From the NCBI GenBank assembly GCA_963765625.1, contig CAVXXD010000005.1:322008-386007 (forward strand): DNA of 64,000 nt. Direction: 5' to 3'. Source of the DNA: an uncultured bacterium. Its GTDB lineage: Bacteria > Actinomycetota > Geothermincolia > Geothermincolales > Geothermincolaceae. This document shows positions 50,656 to 61,212 of this stretch, one piece after another (within the stretch, counting starts at the first letter, position 1; every line of letters starts with the position of its first letter). Below the pieces are notes generated by a model that worked only from the letters and a program-made list of their open reading frames with translations, had not been told where the DNA came from and did no database searches. The translations under genes and the position numbers were made by a program.

Positions 50656-51736
50656 TCAACCGGCCGGTTCCACCCCGATGACCTGATAACCCTCTTCGCT
50701 GGTCACCCAGGTGACTCTGCTCTTGACCTTCTCGACCGCCTCGTAATAGCCGGCGATCCTCCCGGCCATCAGGGCGTCGTTGAAGGGGTTCTCCACCTTT
50801 ACCTTGAGCTGCTTCCCGGCTTCCTCCACCTCGACGGGATTGCCCATGCCCCGCATTCTCACCTCGTCGAAGAGGCGCATGATGCCCCCTTCTTCCTCCA
50901 GGTTTCGCTTGGACATGCGCTCCCGCATCAGTTCAGCCTGGCGCTGCGCCACCATGTTGGAGACCTTTTCGCCCAGTTCCCTCTCCATCTCGGCGAAGAT
51001 GGCGTTGATGCCCTGCACCGAGAGGAAGGCTTCCCTGTAAGCGGTGCGGCGGTTGGTGATGATGCCGTTGACCGTGTCCCAATTGAAGTGTTCCGACACC
51101 GACAGGGGCACCTTGCAGGCCGGGCAGAGCGGCAGGTCGACCACCCCCGGTATGAAGTCCGACCGGGTGATGGGTATGTCGTAGGGCTGCTCGTCGGTCT
51201 GCTTGAACTCGATGAGCGTGGTGCCGTTCTCCTTCTTCCAGGTAACGGCCATATTCACGCCCTGCATAACCTGGAAAGCGCCTATGCAGTCGCCGATGAT
51301 CAAGGGAAGGGAGTGGGCGTTGCGGATCCGTACCAGGGCTCGGCGCTTCCCCTCGAACTCGATGAGGGTTGTGCTGCCGTAGCCCATGCACCTCGCGTAG
51401 GCGGAGACACGGGAAAAGACCGCGTTGACGAAGACCTGGAGCTGGAACGGTTTGGGGATGCCCCGAGTGATACTGGCCAGCCTCGGGGGGAAGGTGGACT
51501 CCAGCAGTTCCTGCCCGATGGGCCTCTCCGCCGCGATGAGGATGTTGTCGATGGGTATGCCCAGCAACTCGCTCAAGTAAGAAAGCAGGTTGAGCAGCTC
51601 ATCTATTTCGATGAAGAATAGGCGCAGGTCCGTGATTCTTCCGGAGACGATGGTGCCGCCACCCGTCCAGACGACGTTCCGGGCGAAGATCAGTGGGGTT
51701 TCACATTGCTTGCATCTCTTGACGGCTTTGATAAGA
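50656..51736 (-). CDS. Paralogue 2 of the zinc-ribbon / V4R-like protein family, immediately downstream of a receiver-domain gene
   Basis: CKQCETPL and CPACKVPL zinc-ribbon motifs. C-terminal GMGNPVEVEEAGKQLKVKVENPFNDAL V4R-like motif. The start is uncertain because no canonical ATG follows the AAGGAG. Confidence 0.45.
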
Positions 51737-52180
51737 TCAGCTCCTTTTCGGTTCCGCGTCAAGGCCGTCAAGCCGGGCCAGCTCACTACGCCGGCGTGCC
51801 TGGCGTTGTTCGGGCGTGGTCTCCAGCAAGCCCTTGACCTGGTCGGAGAGGACCTTGGGGTTGAAAGGCTTGACGACATAGTCGTCGGCCCCCATCTCCC
51901 ATCCCCGCATGAGGTCCTGCCGCTGTGCCCTGGCGGTCAGCAGGACGACGGGCAGCCCGGCCAGCTCGCGGTTCTCCCTGACCCGTCTCAGCACCTCCCA
52001 GCCGTCCGTGCCGGGCATCATCAGGTCCAGGACCATCAAATCGGGCCCTTTCTTTTCCAGAGATTTCAACGCCGAATCGCCGTCCCAGGCTTCCTCCACC
52101 AGGAAGCCGCTCAGTTCGAGGTTTATCTTGACCAGCCGGGTCAGCATGGGGTCGTCGTCGACCACCAGTATTTTTTTCAT
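51737..52180 (-). CDS. Single-domain response regulator (CheY-like receiver)
   Basis: VVDDDP, phospho-acceptor Asp in LMVLDLMMPG, and the KPF motif. Confidence 0.85.
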   Translation of the reverse strand: MKKILVVDDDPMLTRLVKINLELSGFLVEEAWDGDSALKSLEKKGPDLMVLDLMMPGTDGWEVLRRVRENRELAGLPVVLLTARAQRQDLMRGWEMGADDYVVKPFNPKVLSDQVKGLLETTPEQRQARRRSELARLDGLDAEPKRS

Positions 52181-52314
52181 CCTCCACCCTTCCTCAAGGT
52201 AATTCTCATTCTATCGCATCATGACTTCTTCATCCAAACCGCTACGGGCGCGCGAGGTTAATGTATAATCTTTATGTTTGTTCAGTATTGTTACTAGGGA
52301 TAAGGGAGGTAGAT

Positions 52315-53454
52315 ATGAGCATCGAGTTCCAACCCATCCATGACGACTTGAGGAAATCGTACCGGGAATTCGTCGAGAACGAACTCCTGCCCCATGCCGA
52401 CGAATGGGAGGAAGCCGAGGATTTCCCGTACGAGTATTTCAAGAAGATGGGCGACCTGGGATACCTGGGCATGCAGTTCCCGGAGGAATACGGCGGAGAC
52501 GACGACATCCTGGCCGAAGTCGTGGTCCAGGAGGAGCTGCCGCGCTGCGGCTCCGGCGGCGTAGCGGCCTCGGTCGGCGCGCACGTCAGCATCGCCATGC
52601 CGCAGATCAGCAAGTTCGGCACCCCGGAGCAGAAAGAGAAGTATCTCGTCCCGGCCATCAAGGGCGAATCCATCGGCGCCCTGGGCATCACCGAGCCGGG
52701 GGCCGGCTCGGACGTCGCCGCCATCTCCACCTACGCGGTGCGCGACGGTTCCGACTGGGTGATCAACGGCTCCAAGACCTTCATCACCAACGGCTGCAAG
52801 TGCGACTGGATAGTAGTGGCCGCCAAGACCGACCGCGACAAGGGATTCGGCGGCATCTCCCAGTTCATCGTGGAACGTGGCACCCCGGGCTTCGAGACCT
52901 CCAAGAGGCTGAAGAAGCTGGGCTGGAAGGCATCCGACACCGGCGAACTCGCCTTTATGGACTGCCGCGTACCCGCCGACGCCCTGCTGGGCACGGAGAA
53001 CAAGGGGTTCTTCCAGATCATGGCCAACTTCACCTGGGAGCGGCTGACCCTGGCCCTGGGTTCCATCTCCGGGGCCCAGATGGTTATGGAAGAGACTATC
53101 GCGTACGCCAGGGAGCGCCAGGCCTTCGGCCACCCCATCAGCCAGTTCCAGGTGATAGCGCATTACTTCGCGGACATGGCTACCAAAATAGAGGCGGCGC
53201 GCCAGCTCACCTATTACGCCCTCGAACTCCACATGCAGGGAAAGAACCCCATCAAGGAGGTCTCCATGGCCAAGCTGTTCGGCTGTGACGTCGCCTGTGA
53301 AGTGGTCGACCAGTGCCTGCAGATCTACGGCGGCTACGGCTTCATGGACGAGTACCCCGTCTCCCGCACTTTCCGGGACATGCGCCTGGGGCCCATCGGC
53401 GGCGGCACCCGCGAAGTGATGCGCGAGATCATCGGCAAGACCATGGGGCTGTAG
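52315..53454 (+). CDS. Acyl-CoA dehydrogenase (butyryl-CoA dehydrogenase-like)
   Basis: Acyl-CoA-dehydrogenase N-terminal, middle and C-terminal domain signatures, and the catalytic-base region YGGYGFMDEYPVSRTFRDMR. AGGGAGG RBS. Confidence 0.9.
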   Translation: MSIEFQPIHDDLRKSYREFVENELLPHADEWEEAEDFPYEYFKKMGDLGYLGMQFPEEYGGDDDILAEVVVQEELPRCGSGGVAASVGAHVSIAMPQISKFGTPEQKEKYLVPAIKGESIGALGITEPGAGSDVAAISTYAVRDGSDWVINGSKTFITNGCKCDWIVVAAKTDRDKGFGGISQFIVERGTPGFETSKRLKKLGWKASDTGELAFMDCRVPADALLGTENKGFFQIMANFTWERLTLALGSISGAQMVMEETIAYARERQAFGHPISQFQVIAHYFADMATKIEAARQLTYYALELHMQGKNPIKEVSMAKLFGCDVACEVVDQCLQIYGGYGFMDEYPVSRTFRDMRLGPIGGGTREVMREIIGKTMGL

Positions 53455-53481
53455 CCCAGCGAGCTCCCGCAACGGACACAA

Positions 53482-53512
53482 GCCCTGGCGGTTCTGCCGT
53501 CAGGGCTTTTAT
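53482..53512 (+). terminator. Rho-independent terminator after the acyl-CoA dehydrogenase gene
   Basis: AGCCCTG-gcggttctgccgtc-AGGGCT followed by TTTTATTTT. Confidence 0.55.
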
Positions 53513-54498
53513 TTTACCGGGGCGCCAAGCGCCTTCCGCCTCTCCCCCAGGCCCGGTTGGGGGTTCCATCCCTTCACCTGGAACCAGGCTTCGGGGTCGA
53601 CGAAGTAGGACTTGCGCAGTTTGACCGGTCCTGTCCAGACGCTGACGTCGAAGGCGGACGTGCCTGCTTCCGCCATCCTCTCCTCCACCTTGTCGAACAC
53701 CGAGGCCATGGCCTCCGCCCCACCGGGGACGGACGCCGCTTCACGGTCGGCTGCCAGAACCCGCTTGCGCCAGTCCACCGTCCGCAGCAGCCCGACCAGC
53801 GGCAGTGACGCCAGCAGGTTGACGAGGAGGGTGGTCACCATCATCAACGAGGGCATGCCCAGGACCAGGAAGGCCCGGCTCCATCCGGGAGAGTCCGCCT
53901 CCAGCAGCAGCCCCAGCCAGAAGGCGGCAAGCAGCACGATGTTGCCGAAGAAGAAAGCCCGTCCGGCGGCCCCCTTCTTCCCGACCAGCCTGGAAAAGAG
54001 GGTGGGGGCGAGGGAGAGCCGGGCATAGGTCGACCAGATGGCTGCATCTCCCCAACGCAACCTGGCCATTTCACAGGCCAGCAGGGCCTGCGTCTCGCCA
54101 CGGTCCAGACCCTCCAGGACACCGTCGGTCAACACCAGGAAGCCATTCCCTTCCCGCCCCAGGGCCAGGGCATTGACGTTCCGGCTGGAGGTGCGCATGA
54201 AGGCCGGCGGACCCTGCATGCCGGCGCCGCGATTTGCCTTGAACGCTTCGGTCACCTTGGGGTGCAGCGACAGGTCCAGGGGGAAGGCTTTGATCTGCTG
54301 GAGGATCACGTCGGTGCCGCGCAGGAGGCAGTAGGCGGTGAAAGCGATATAGGCCACTTCCAGCAGGCCGAAGGCGACCGGCCACGGGAGGCCGGGGCTG
54401 ACCAGGCAAGCCAGGCCCGTCGAAACCGCCAGCGATACCAACAGGTCGGTCAAGAGCAGCAGGGCGTTGAACGAGGCCGTCCTGGTTTTCATGCTCAC
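53509..54498 (-). CDS. M48/HtpX-family peptidase homologue with a degenerate active site (probable pseudo-protease)
   Basis: HtpX-like TM topology. The position of the HEXXH zinc motif reads LACEMARL. Confidence 0.5.
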   Translation of the reverse strand: MSMKTRTASFNALLLLTDLLVSLAVSTGLACLVSPGLPWPVAFGLLEVAYIAFTAYCLLRGTDVILQQIKAFPLDLSLHPKVTEAFKANRGAGMQGPPAFMRTSSRNVNALALGREGNGFLVLTDGVLEGLDRGETQALLACEMARLRWGDAAIWSTYARLSLAPTLFSRLVGKKGAAGRAFFFGNIVLLAAFWLGLLLEADSPGWSRAFLVLGMPSLMMVTTLLVNLLASLPLVGLLRTVDWRKRVLAADREAASVPGGAEAMASVFDKVEERMAEAGTSAFDVSVWTGPVKLRKSYFVDPEAWFQVKGWNPQPGLGERRKALGAPVK

Positions 54499-54604
54499 TT
54501 CCTTTCACGGCGCGGCTACGCGGTTTCCGGGACGTGTCCGCAGTGCTCGGACGCTTGCCGGGCACCTCAATAAATCGTACCATGGTAAATACAAGCAAGG
54601 GGGT

Positions 54605-55559
54605 ATGAGCATGAAACACGGCAGCTGTCCGAACTGCGGAGCACCGGCTGGATCCGGCTTCTTCTGCGACGAATGCGGCGGCCCGCTCTTCGAGGACGCG
54701 AGTTCCTCGAACCGGGCGGATAACACCACCGGCGATCCCGTACCCGGCGGTGCTTCCCGCCGGGTTCGCCGGGCATCCCCAGGAGGCTACCCGGTCGGGC
54801 CCCGCTTCCTTCCCGGGGGGCATGCCCCCAGGCCCGGCAGGGACCCGGTTACCCGCCTCCCGCAGGTCCTGGCTACCCGCCGCGGAGGGGGTTACCCGCC
54901 CCGGCCCTCTTATTACATGCCGCAGCGCCAGGTGCCGCAGGGCTTGAAGGTGAGCCGCAATGCTTTCCTGGCCGTCGCCATACCCTTCGCCGTCCTGATG
55001 ATCGCCGCCCTGCTGGTGCTCTACGTGTGGAAGCCCTTCGAAGCGCCCAAGATGATCGTGCCGCTGCCGGAAGGCTGGACCGACTCCGCCGGGTTCACGA
55101 GGGACTCGGTCGAGGACAGCGTCGAGGACGTAGCCGAGGGCACGGGGCTGGATGCCATGTACGAGAACACGGAAGAGACTTACGACTTCATCATCGCCAT
55201 GCACATGAACATGAAAGGCGCCGATGGTGTCCCACCGGGGGGTGCCGACCAGGCCGAGATGGAGAAGTTACCTGGAGGAAAACGGCGACGAACTGGAGTC
55301 GGGTTTCCTGGCCGGGTTCGCGATGGGCATGGGGGATTCCGACATCGAGTCTATCGAGGCGGAAGAAATGGGCAACGGCGACGGCGTCGTCCACATCACG
55401 GCGGCCAACTCCACCCCCATGTCCGCGGACTACATGGCCATGCACATTCTTCTTCTCACCAAGAAGAACACCACCTATATGGTCATGGTATTCTGTTCGA
55501 CCGACGCCGAGGCCGAAGAGACCCTGGAATTCCTCAAGCAGAACATAAGCTTCGAGTGA
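54605..55559 (+). CDS. Zinc-ribbon membrane protein, hypothetical; frameshifted near 55260
   Basis: N-terminal CPNCG...CDECG zinc ribbon, a Pro/Gly-rich linker, one TM helix, and an extracellular domain that continues in ORF 55224..55559. Confidence 0.45.
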
Positions 55560-55605
55560 CGTCCAACCTTCTTCGCCCGGCATTATTAAAACGAAAGGAG
55601 CAGGC

Positions 55606-56368
55606 ATGGAATACGAGACCCTCATATACGAAGTCGAGGGAGAGGTCGGCGTTCTCACTTACAACCGGCCGCGCGTGGTCAACGCCATCAACAAGCAGAT
55701 GATGGACGAGCTGACCGATTTCTGGCAGGCACGCCAGCGGGACTTCGACACGCGCGTGCTCATCGTGCGCGGCGGTGGCGAGAAGGGCTTCTGCTCGGGC
55801 CTGGACATGAAGGCCGCCGCGACGGAGTTCCACGAAGGCATCCCCACGGCGGAGAGCGTCTACAACGGCCAGAACCAGTTCTCCGGCGTTATCCGGCTCA
55901 TGCGCACCTGCCCCCAGCCCATCATCGCCGCGGTGCACGGGCCGGCCATGGGAGCGGGGCTGTCCTTCGCGCTTGCGTCAGACGTCCGCCTGGCCAGCCC
56001 CGACGCCATGTTCTGCGCCCAGTACATCAACATCGGGACGGGAGGGGCGGACATGGGCTCGAGTTTCTTTCTTCCCAAGATAGTCGGTTGGGGGCGCGCC
56101 GCCGAGATGTGCCTGACCGGCGTCCGGGTCGATGGGCCGAGGAAGCCTGGCGTATCGGCCTGGTCAACCACCTCCACCCCCTGGAGGAACTGCTACCGGC
56201 GGCCAGGGCCATGGCCGGGTGATGGTGGGAAAGACCAGGCTGGGCCTGCGCCTGACCAAGGACGCCTTCAACGCGGCCTTGAACGGCTCCAGCCTGGAGG
56301 ACGCCAACCGCATGGAAGACCGGAACCAGGCTTTCTTTATCTCCAGTGGTTTGATGCAGTCCTGAGGG
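55606..56368 (+). CDS. Enoyl-CoA hydratase/isomerase (crotonase family); two frameshifts near the 3' end
   Basis: GGEKGFCSGLDMK oxyanion-hole region and AAVHGPAMGAGL. The C-terminus is recovered from ORF 56132..56365. Confidence 0.8.
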
Positions 56369-58578
56369 TCAGGGCAGGAGAAAGCTGAAGATGGAGCCGC
56401 CCTCCGGGTTGGGCTCGTACCAGATGAGCCCCCCGTGGGCCTCGACGATCTTGCGGGCGATGTACAGGCCCAGCCCGATGCCGGGCACGGAGTGGTAGAT
56501 GGCGTCCCCCACCTGGTACAAGCGGTCGAAGATGCGCTTCCGCTCCTCCACCGGCACCCCGGGCCCCCGGTCGGTCACGGAGACTATGACCGTCTCGTTC
56601 TCCTCCCGAGCCTCCACGGTTATGGCGCTTCCCGCCGGCGCATACTTGACGGCGTTCTCCAGTAGTATGACCAGTAGCTGGGTGAGCTTCTCGGGGTCGG
56701 CGCCGCAGACCAGCGGAGGGTCCGGCAGTTCCAGTTCGAAGTAGTGGGGGCTGCCCTTGATGAGCATCTCCTCGACCACTTCTTCGATCAGCCTCACCAG
56801 TTCGACATCTTTCCTCTGGACCAGGAAGCTCCCCCGCTCGATCCGCGAGGTGTCGAGCAGGGCCGACACCAGTTTTTCCAGCCGTATCGTTCCCCTGTCG
56901 ATGGCGTTGAGGGCCTTGCGGCGGGTCTCCTCGTCCAGGTCTTCCCCGAAGCTGTTGAGCACCTCCGAATAACCCTTCATCAGGGTGATGGGATGGCGCA
57001 GCTCATGTGAGGTGATGTTGATGAAGTCCCTCAGGGCTTCCTCGTAAGCCCAGCGCTCCTCCTCGATGGAGATGGAGCGGGCAAGCATGCCCATTATCTC
57101 GGTCTCCTCCCGGGTGAAGACCTCTTCCTCCCGGTCCAGGAGGCAGAGGAACCCGGTAAGCCGGTCTTTCAGCATCACCGCGCAGGCCATCAGGCGCTTG
57201 ATGCCGAACCTGGCCAGGTCGGGCATGAGCGCCTCGTATTCGCTGCCCTCGATCCCCTCGACGATGTAGGGCCGGCCGGCGCCCCGGGCGCCCACTTCCT
57301 TCATCAGGCGCTCCCGCACCAGGCCGGAGATGTAGAGCCCGTCCTCCGACCAGGCGGCGAAAGCGTTGGCGAGCTTGTCGTCGGAAGGGCGGTAGTAGAC
57401 CAGCAGCACCCCGTCCAGGATCTCCCGCCCCGAAGCCACCAGGACCTCGATGTTGTCCCTGAAGTCGGCGCCCAGGCTGAGGAAGCAGCCGTTGAGCCTG
57501 GCCAGCCTCTCCTCGGTGCGCTTGCGTTCGGTGATGTCGCGCGTCCCGATGATGGCCCCGGTTATCTCTTTTCCCTCATCGTCGAAGATGGGGTTGGCTA
57601 TCGACTCCATCCAGAGGTAACGCCCGTCGGCGTGGCGGTAGCGGTAATCGACCTTGAGCGATACCCTCTCCTCGATCCCTTTGAGGTACCTGTCGACGAT
57701 ATATTCGAGGTCGTCCGGGTGGACGAACTCGAAGACGGTCCGCCCCAGCATCTCCCGGGGCTCGTAGCCGAGGTGCTCGCGGTGGGACAGCCCTATGAAT
57801 TCGTATTTCCCTTCCCTGCTCACCTGGCTGACCATGTCCATCATGTTGTCGGTGACGAAACGCAGCTTCTTCTCGCTGGCGCGCAGGGCTTCCTCGTATT
57901 CGCGGCGCTCGGTGATGTCGGTGGAGTTGATGACCACCCCGGCCACGGCCGGGTCGGCAAGGAGGTTCTTCCCTTTTACCTCGACCCAGTGCCAGCTGCC
58001 ATCCTTGTGCATCACCCGGTAGGTCGCGGTGACGGTGTGACCTTCCTGCGTCAAGCCGTCCGGAAGATCTTCGCCACCATTTTCGCGGTCGTCCGGGTGG
58101 ACCAGTTCGAAGGCGTCGGTGCCATTCACCTCGTCCAGGCTGAAACCGTAGGTGCGCTCGAAGGAAGGGCTGGCGTAGCGGATGCTCCCGTTGCCGGTCC
58201 AGGACGACGATGACGTCGTGGGCGTTCTCAATGAGGGAGCGGAAATAGGCCTCGCTTTTCCGCAGAGCCTCGCGTGCCTCCACCTGTTGCGGATATTCGG
58301 AGATGACGCCGAGCATGCCGACGACTCCGCCGCCGCTCCCGGTTACGGCGGAAGCCTTGAAGCAGGGCCGGCATGACGTCACCCCGGATGTTCTTCAGCT
58401 CGACCTCTCCCACCCATTTCCGGCCGGCCAGGACCGCTTCAATGATCTCGTCCTGGATCTCTGGATGGACGTAGAGGGTGGACGTGCCGCCGCTGGCGTT
58501 GAACTCCTCCACGGAACAGCCCATGTACCTCTCGGCTGTTTTGTTCTGGTAGACCAGGCGGCCGGAGAGATCCGCCAC
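56369..58578 (-). CDS. PAS-domain sensor histidine kinase; frameshifted near 58230
   Basis: Multiple PAS folds, H-box HELRHPITLMKGYSEV, and ATPase G-box GIGLGLYIARKIVEAHGG. The N-terminal PAS piece is in ORF 58228..58578. Confidence 0.8.
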
Positions 58579-58691
58579 CGAGATGCTGTCGGGCGCGAGG
58601 TCGAGGACCCCCGCGAGGTTATCGATATAGTGTCTTCAGTTCGTCGGCCTGGACCGTCCGTTCCAATGGACCGGGGGTTCCGCTTGCGCCT

Positions 58692-59796
58692 CTAGACCGC
58701 CATCACCTGGGTGGACCTGCGTGGGGTGATGCTGAACTTGATGGTGGCCTCGTCCAGGTATCCCCAGTCGACGTTGGAGCGCCGTCCCTCGCCCAGTTCG
58801 TACATGCCGGAGAGGTGCCCGGCCAGGATGTGTTCGTTGTAAGGGTTCTCCACGACAATGGACATGGCGCCGTCGTCGTTGGAGAAGCTCACCGGGTTGC
58901 CCTGGCCGCGCAGGGCCACCGTCTCCAGCACGGCCGCGTAGAGCCGGTCCTTGTTGACGTACTGCTCCTGGTCCTTTTCCTCGAGGAACTCGGCCTTGAG
59001 CCACTTGAGAGAGAAGCTCTTCATGGCGTCCACTACCGTGGGGTAGACCAGTTCCCCGAACTCCCGGCTGAGCTCGCGGAAGACCGCCTGGGGGACGTAG
59101 GCATCGATGAAGACCATCCGCACGCCACGGCGCATCTCCATGATGATACCCTGTATCCTCCTGCCAGTCCAGCCCGGAGAGGCCGAGGGGCACGCCACAG
59201 TCCGGGCATCGCTCGAAGTTGCGGTTACCCGGCTTGGACTTGGCGCGCTCGACAAACTGGTTCTCGTTGATGAGTGAGCGGGCGGGATCGGGGCGCACCA
59301 GGATGAGCTCCTCGCCCCGTTTGTTGACCCAGGTGTACTTGAAGGGCCTCTTCTCCAGGCCCTCGAAGGCGCCGACGATGTTGGCGGCCAGCAAGTCCCG
59401 GTTGAAGGCGTTGCGCAGGATGGCTTCACCGTACTTCTTGGGCTTGTAGACCACCGTCTCGGCATAACCCATGCCGGTCCAGATGGACAGGTTGCAGAAG
59501 ATGTTGATGGCGATGTTCTTGTTGGGGCCGATGCGTCCGGCCGCGAAGATGCCCTTGATGTTGGAGTTGATCACCGCTTTGGAAGCCGCTTTCTGCGCCT
59601 CGAAGACGATGTGGCCGACGGAGACGCCGAGGTCGTCCTCGATGCGTTTGAAGATCTCGCTCAGGAAGTCCGCCTCTACCAGGACCGCGCGGAAGTTCTT
59701 GTCCAGGCGCTCGGTCATGGTGCCGTTGTCGTTGAAGTGTAAGAACGTGGAAAGTTGTTTGCAGAACCCGCAGACCTTACACTTCCAAACCTTCAT
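58692..59796 (-). CDS. Paralogue 3 of the zinc-ribbon / V4R-like protein family, immediately upstream of the PAS histidine kinase; frameshifted near 59170
   Basis: CKVCGFC and CPDCGVPL zinc-ribbon motifs. C-terminal GQGNPVSFSNDDGAMSIVVENPYNE. GGAGGGGG RBS. Confidence 0.5.
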
Positions 59797-59941
59797 CGGT
59801 ATCCCCCTCCATGTCCTTGTAACCAGTAGTCGGTCGCATACGGACGAATCCACTTTTGATAAAAATTATAGCATGTTTTTTATTCTTATAGGCAAGAATA
59901 AGAAGGATAAGCGCGTCCCTGGACGAATCATTAAAGTTGGC

Positions 59942-60508
59942 TCATTCGAAGAGAGAGGTCTGGGGCTTGCGCGGTGGTTGCTGGGGCTGGGGTGGCCGCA
60001 CGCGGCGGGTTCCCCTCTCGTAATCGTCCAGGGCCTGGTTGGCGAGGCTGTCCGCCTCCTTGTTTTTCTCCCGGGGCACGTGGTCGATGCGCCATTTCGG
60101 GAAATTTCCCAGCATGGAGGTCACCTGGGAGTGGAGGCTCTTGAGGTGGGGCTCCTTGACCCGGTAGTTTCCCTTGACCTGCTGGACCATGAGATCGCTG
60201 TCGGAGAAGAGACGCAGGCTCTCGAGGTCGAAGGCGGAGACCAGGCGGAGGGCGTGCATCAGGGCGGTGTACTCCGCGAAGTTGTTAGTGGTCTCCCCGA
60301 TGTACTGGTTGAAACTGGCCACCACGTCTCCCTTCGGGGTGGTGACGTAAACCCCGATGGACGCCGGCCCCGGGTTTCCCCGCGCCGCGCCGTCGGTATG
60401 CACGTGGAGTTCGTCGAAGGCCAGCCGGCCCTGCAGTTCCGGATCTAACACCGAATTTCCCCCTTCCGGATTCAAGACCTCACCACTCCGCTCGCCGGGT
60501 TCCGTCAC
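59942..60508 (-). CDS. rnhA: Ribonuclease HI
   Basis: HTDGAARGNPG, TNNFAEYTAL and DSDLMVQQ catalytic motifs. Probable GTG start overlapping the upstream stop in a GTGA arrangement. Confidence 0.75.
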   Translation of the reverse strand: MTEPGERSGEVLNPEGGNSVLDPELQGRLAFDELHVHTDGAARGNPGPASIGVYVTTPKGDVVASFNQYIGETTNNFAEYTALMHALRLVSAFDLESLRLFSDSDLMVQQVKGNYRVKEPHLKSLHSQVTSMLGNFPKWRIDHVPREKNKEADSLANQALDDYERGTRRVRPPQPQQPPRKPQTSLFE

Positions 60509-61211
60509 TTCACCAGGATACGCCGGCAGTTGGAACAGCGGAAGAGGACTTCGCTCTTCAGGAAGCGGTCGTACTCCTGGGCGGGAAGGGACATATGGCA
60601 TCCGAGACAGGCCCCGTCGACCACCTTGGCCACAGCTACGCGGTGGCGGCCGGCGACGAGGTCGTCGTAGACCTTGAGGCTGGCGGCGGAGATGCGCGGG
60701 CGCAGGGCGTCACGCCTGGCCTCGGCGTCGCGGCGCAGGGCCGCGATCCTCGTAATCTCGGCTTCGAGGCCGGCGCGGCATTCCTCCAACCTCTCCGAGT
60801 CCGCCCTTACTCCTTCCTCCCGTTCCCGATGGAGTTTTCAAGCCCCTCCACTTTTTCCATCAGTTCCAGCAAAGCCGTCTCCTCCTGGTCCCGCTTGCGC
60901 CCGATGGACTGCACCTCGGCCTGGATGGACCGGAGTTCCTTGGGGTTGGAGACCTTACCGCTATAGAGCTTGTCTTCCTCCCCGGTTATCTTGGCCGAGA
61001 GGTCCTCGATTTTAACTTCCTGCTGGCGCTGACTCTTCCTGGTTTCCTCCAGCAATCCCCGGAGCTTGTCGAACCCCTCCCGCAGAGACGCCAGTCCGGC
61101 TTCCAGCTCCTCTACCTCCTGGCGCAGGGGAAGCGATTCCTCTTCCTGTTCCAGCTCGAACAGTTCGGCGTCGACCTGCTGCAGTTCGTAAAGATCGTCC
61201 CACTCGCTCAT
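60505..61211 (-). CDS. COG1579-type protein: coiled-coil N-terminus plus C4 zinc-ribbon C-terminus; frameshifted near 60800
   Basis: Coiled-coil half in ORF 60807..61211. The zinc ribbon CLGCHMSLP...CSNCRRIL is in ORF 60505..60789. It lies between the Nif3 and RNase H genes, as in actinobacteria. Confidence 0.6.
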
Positions 61212-61212
61212 T

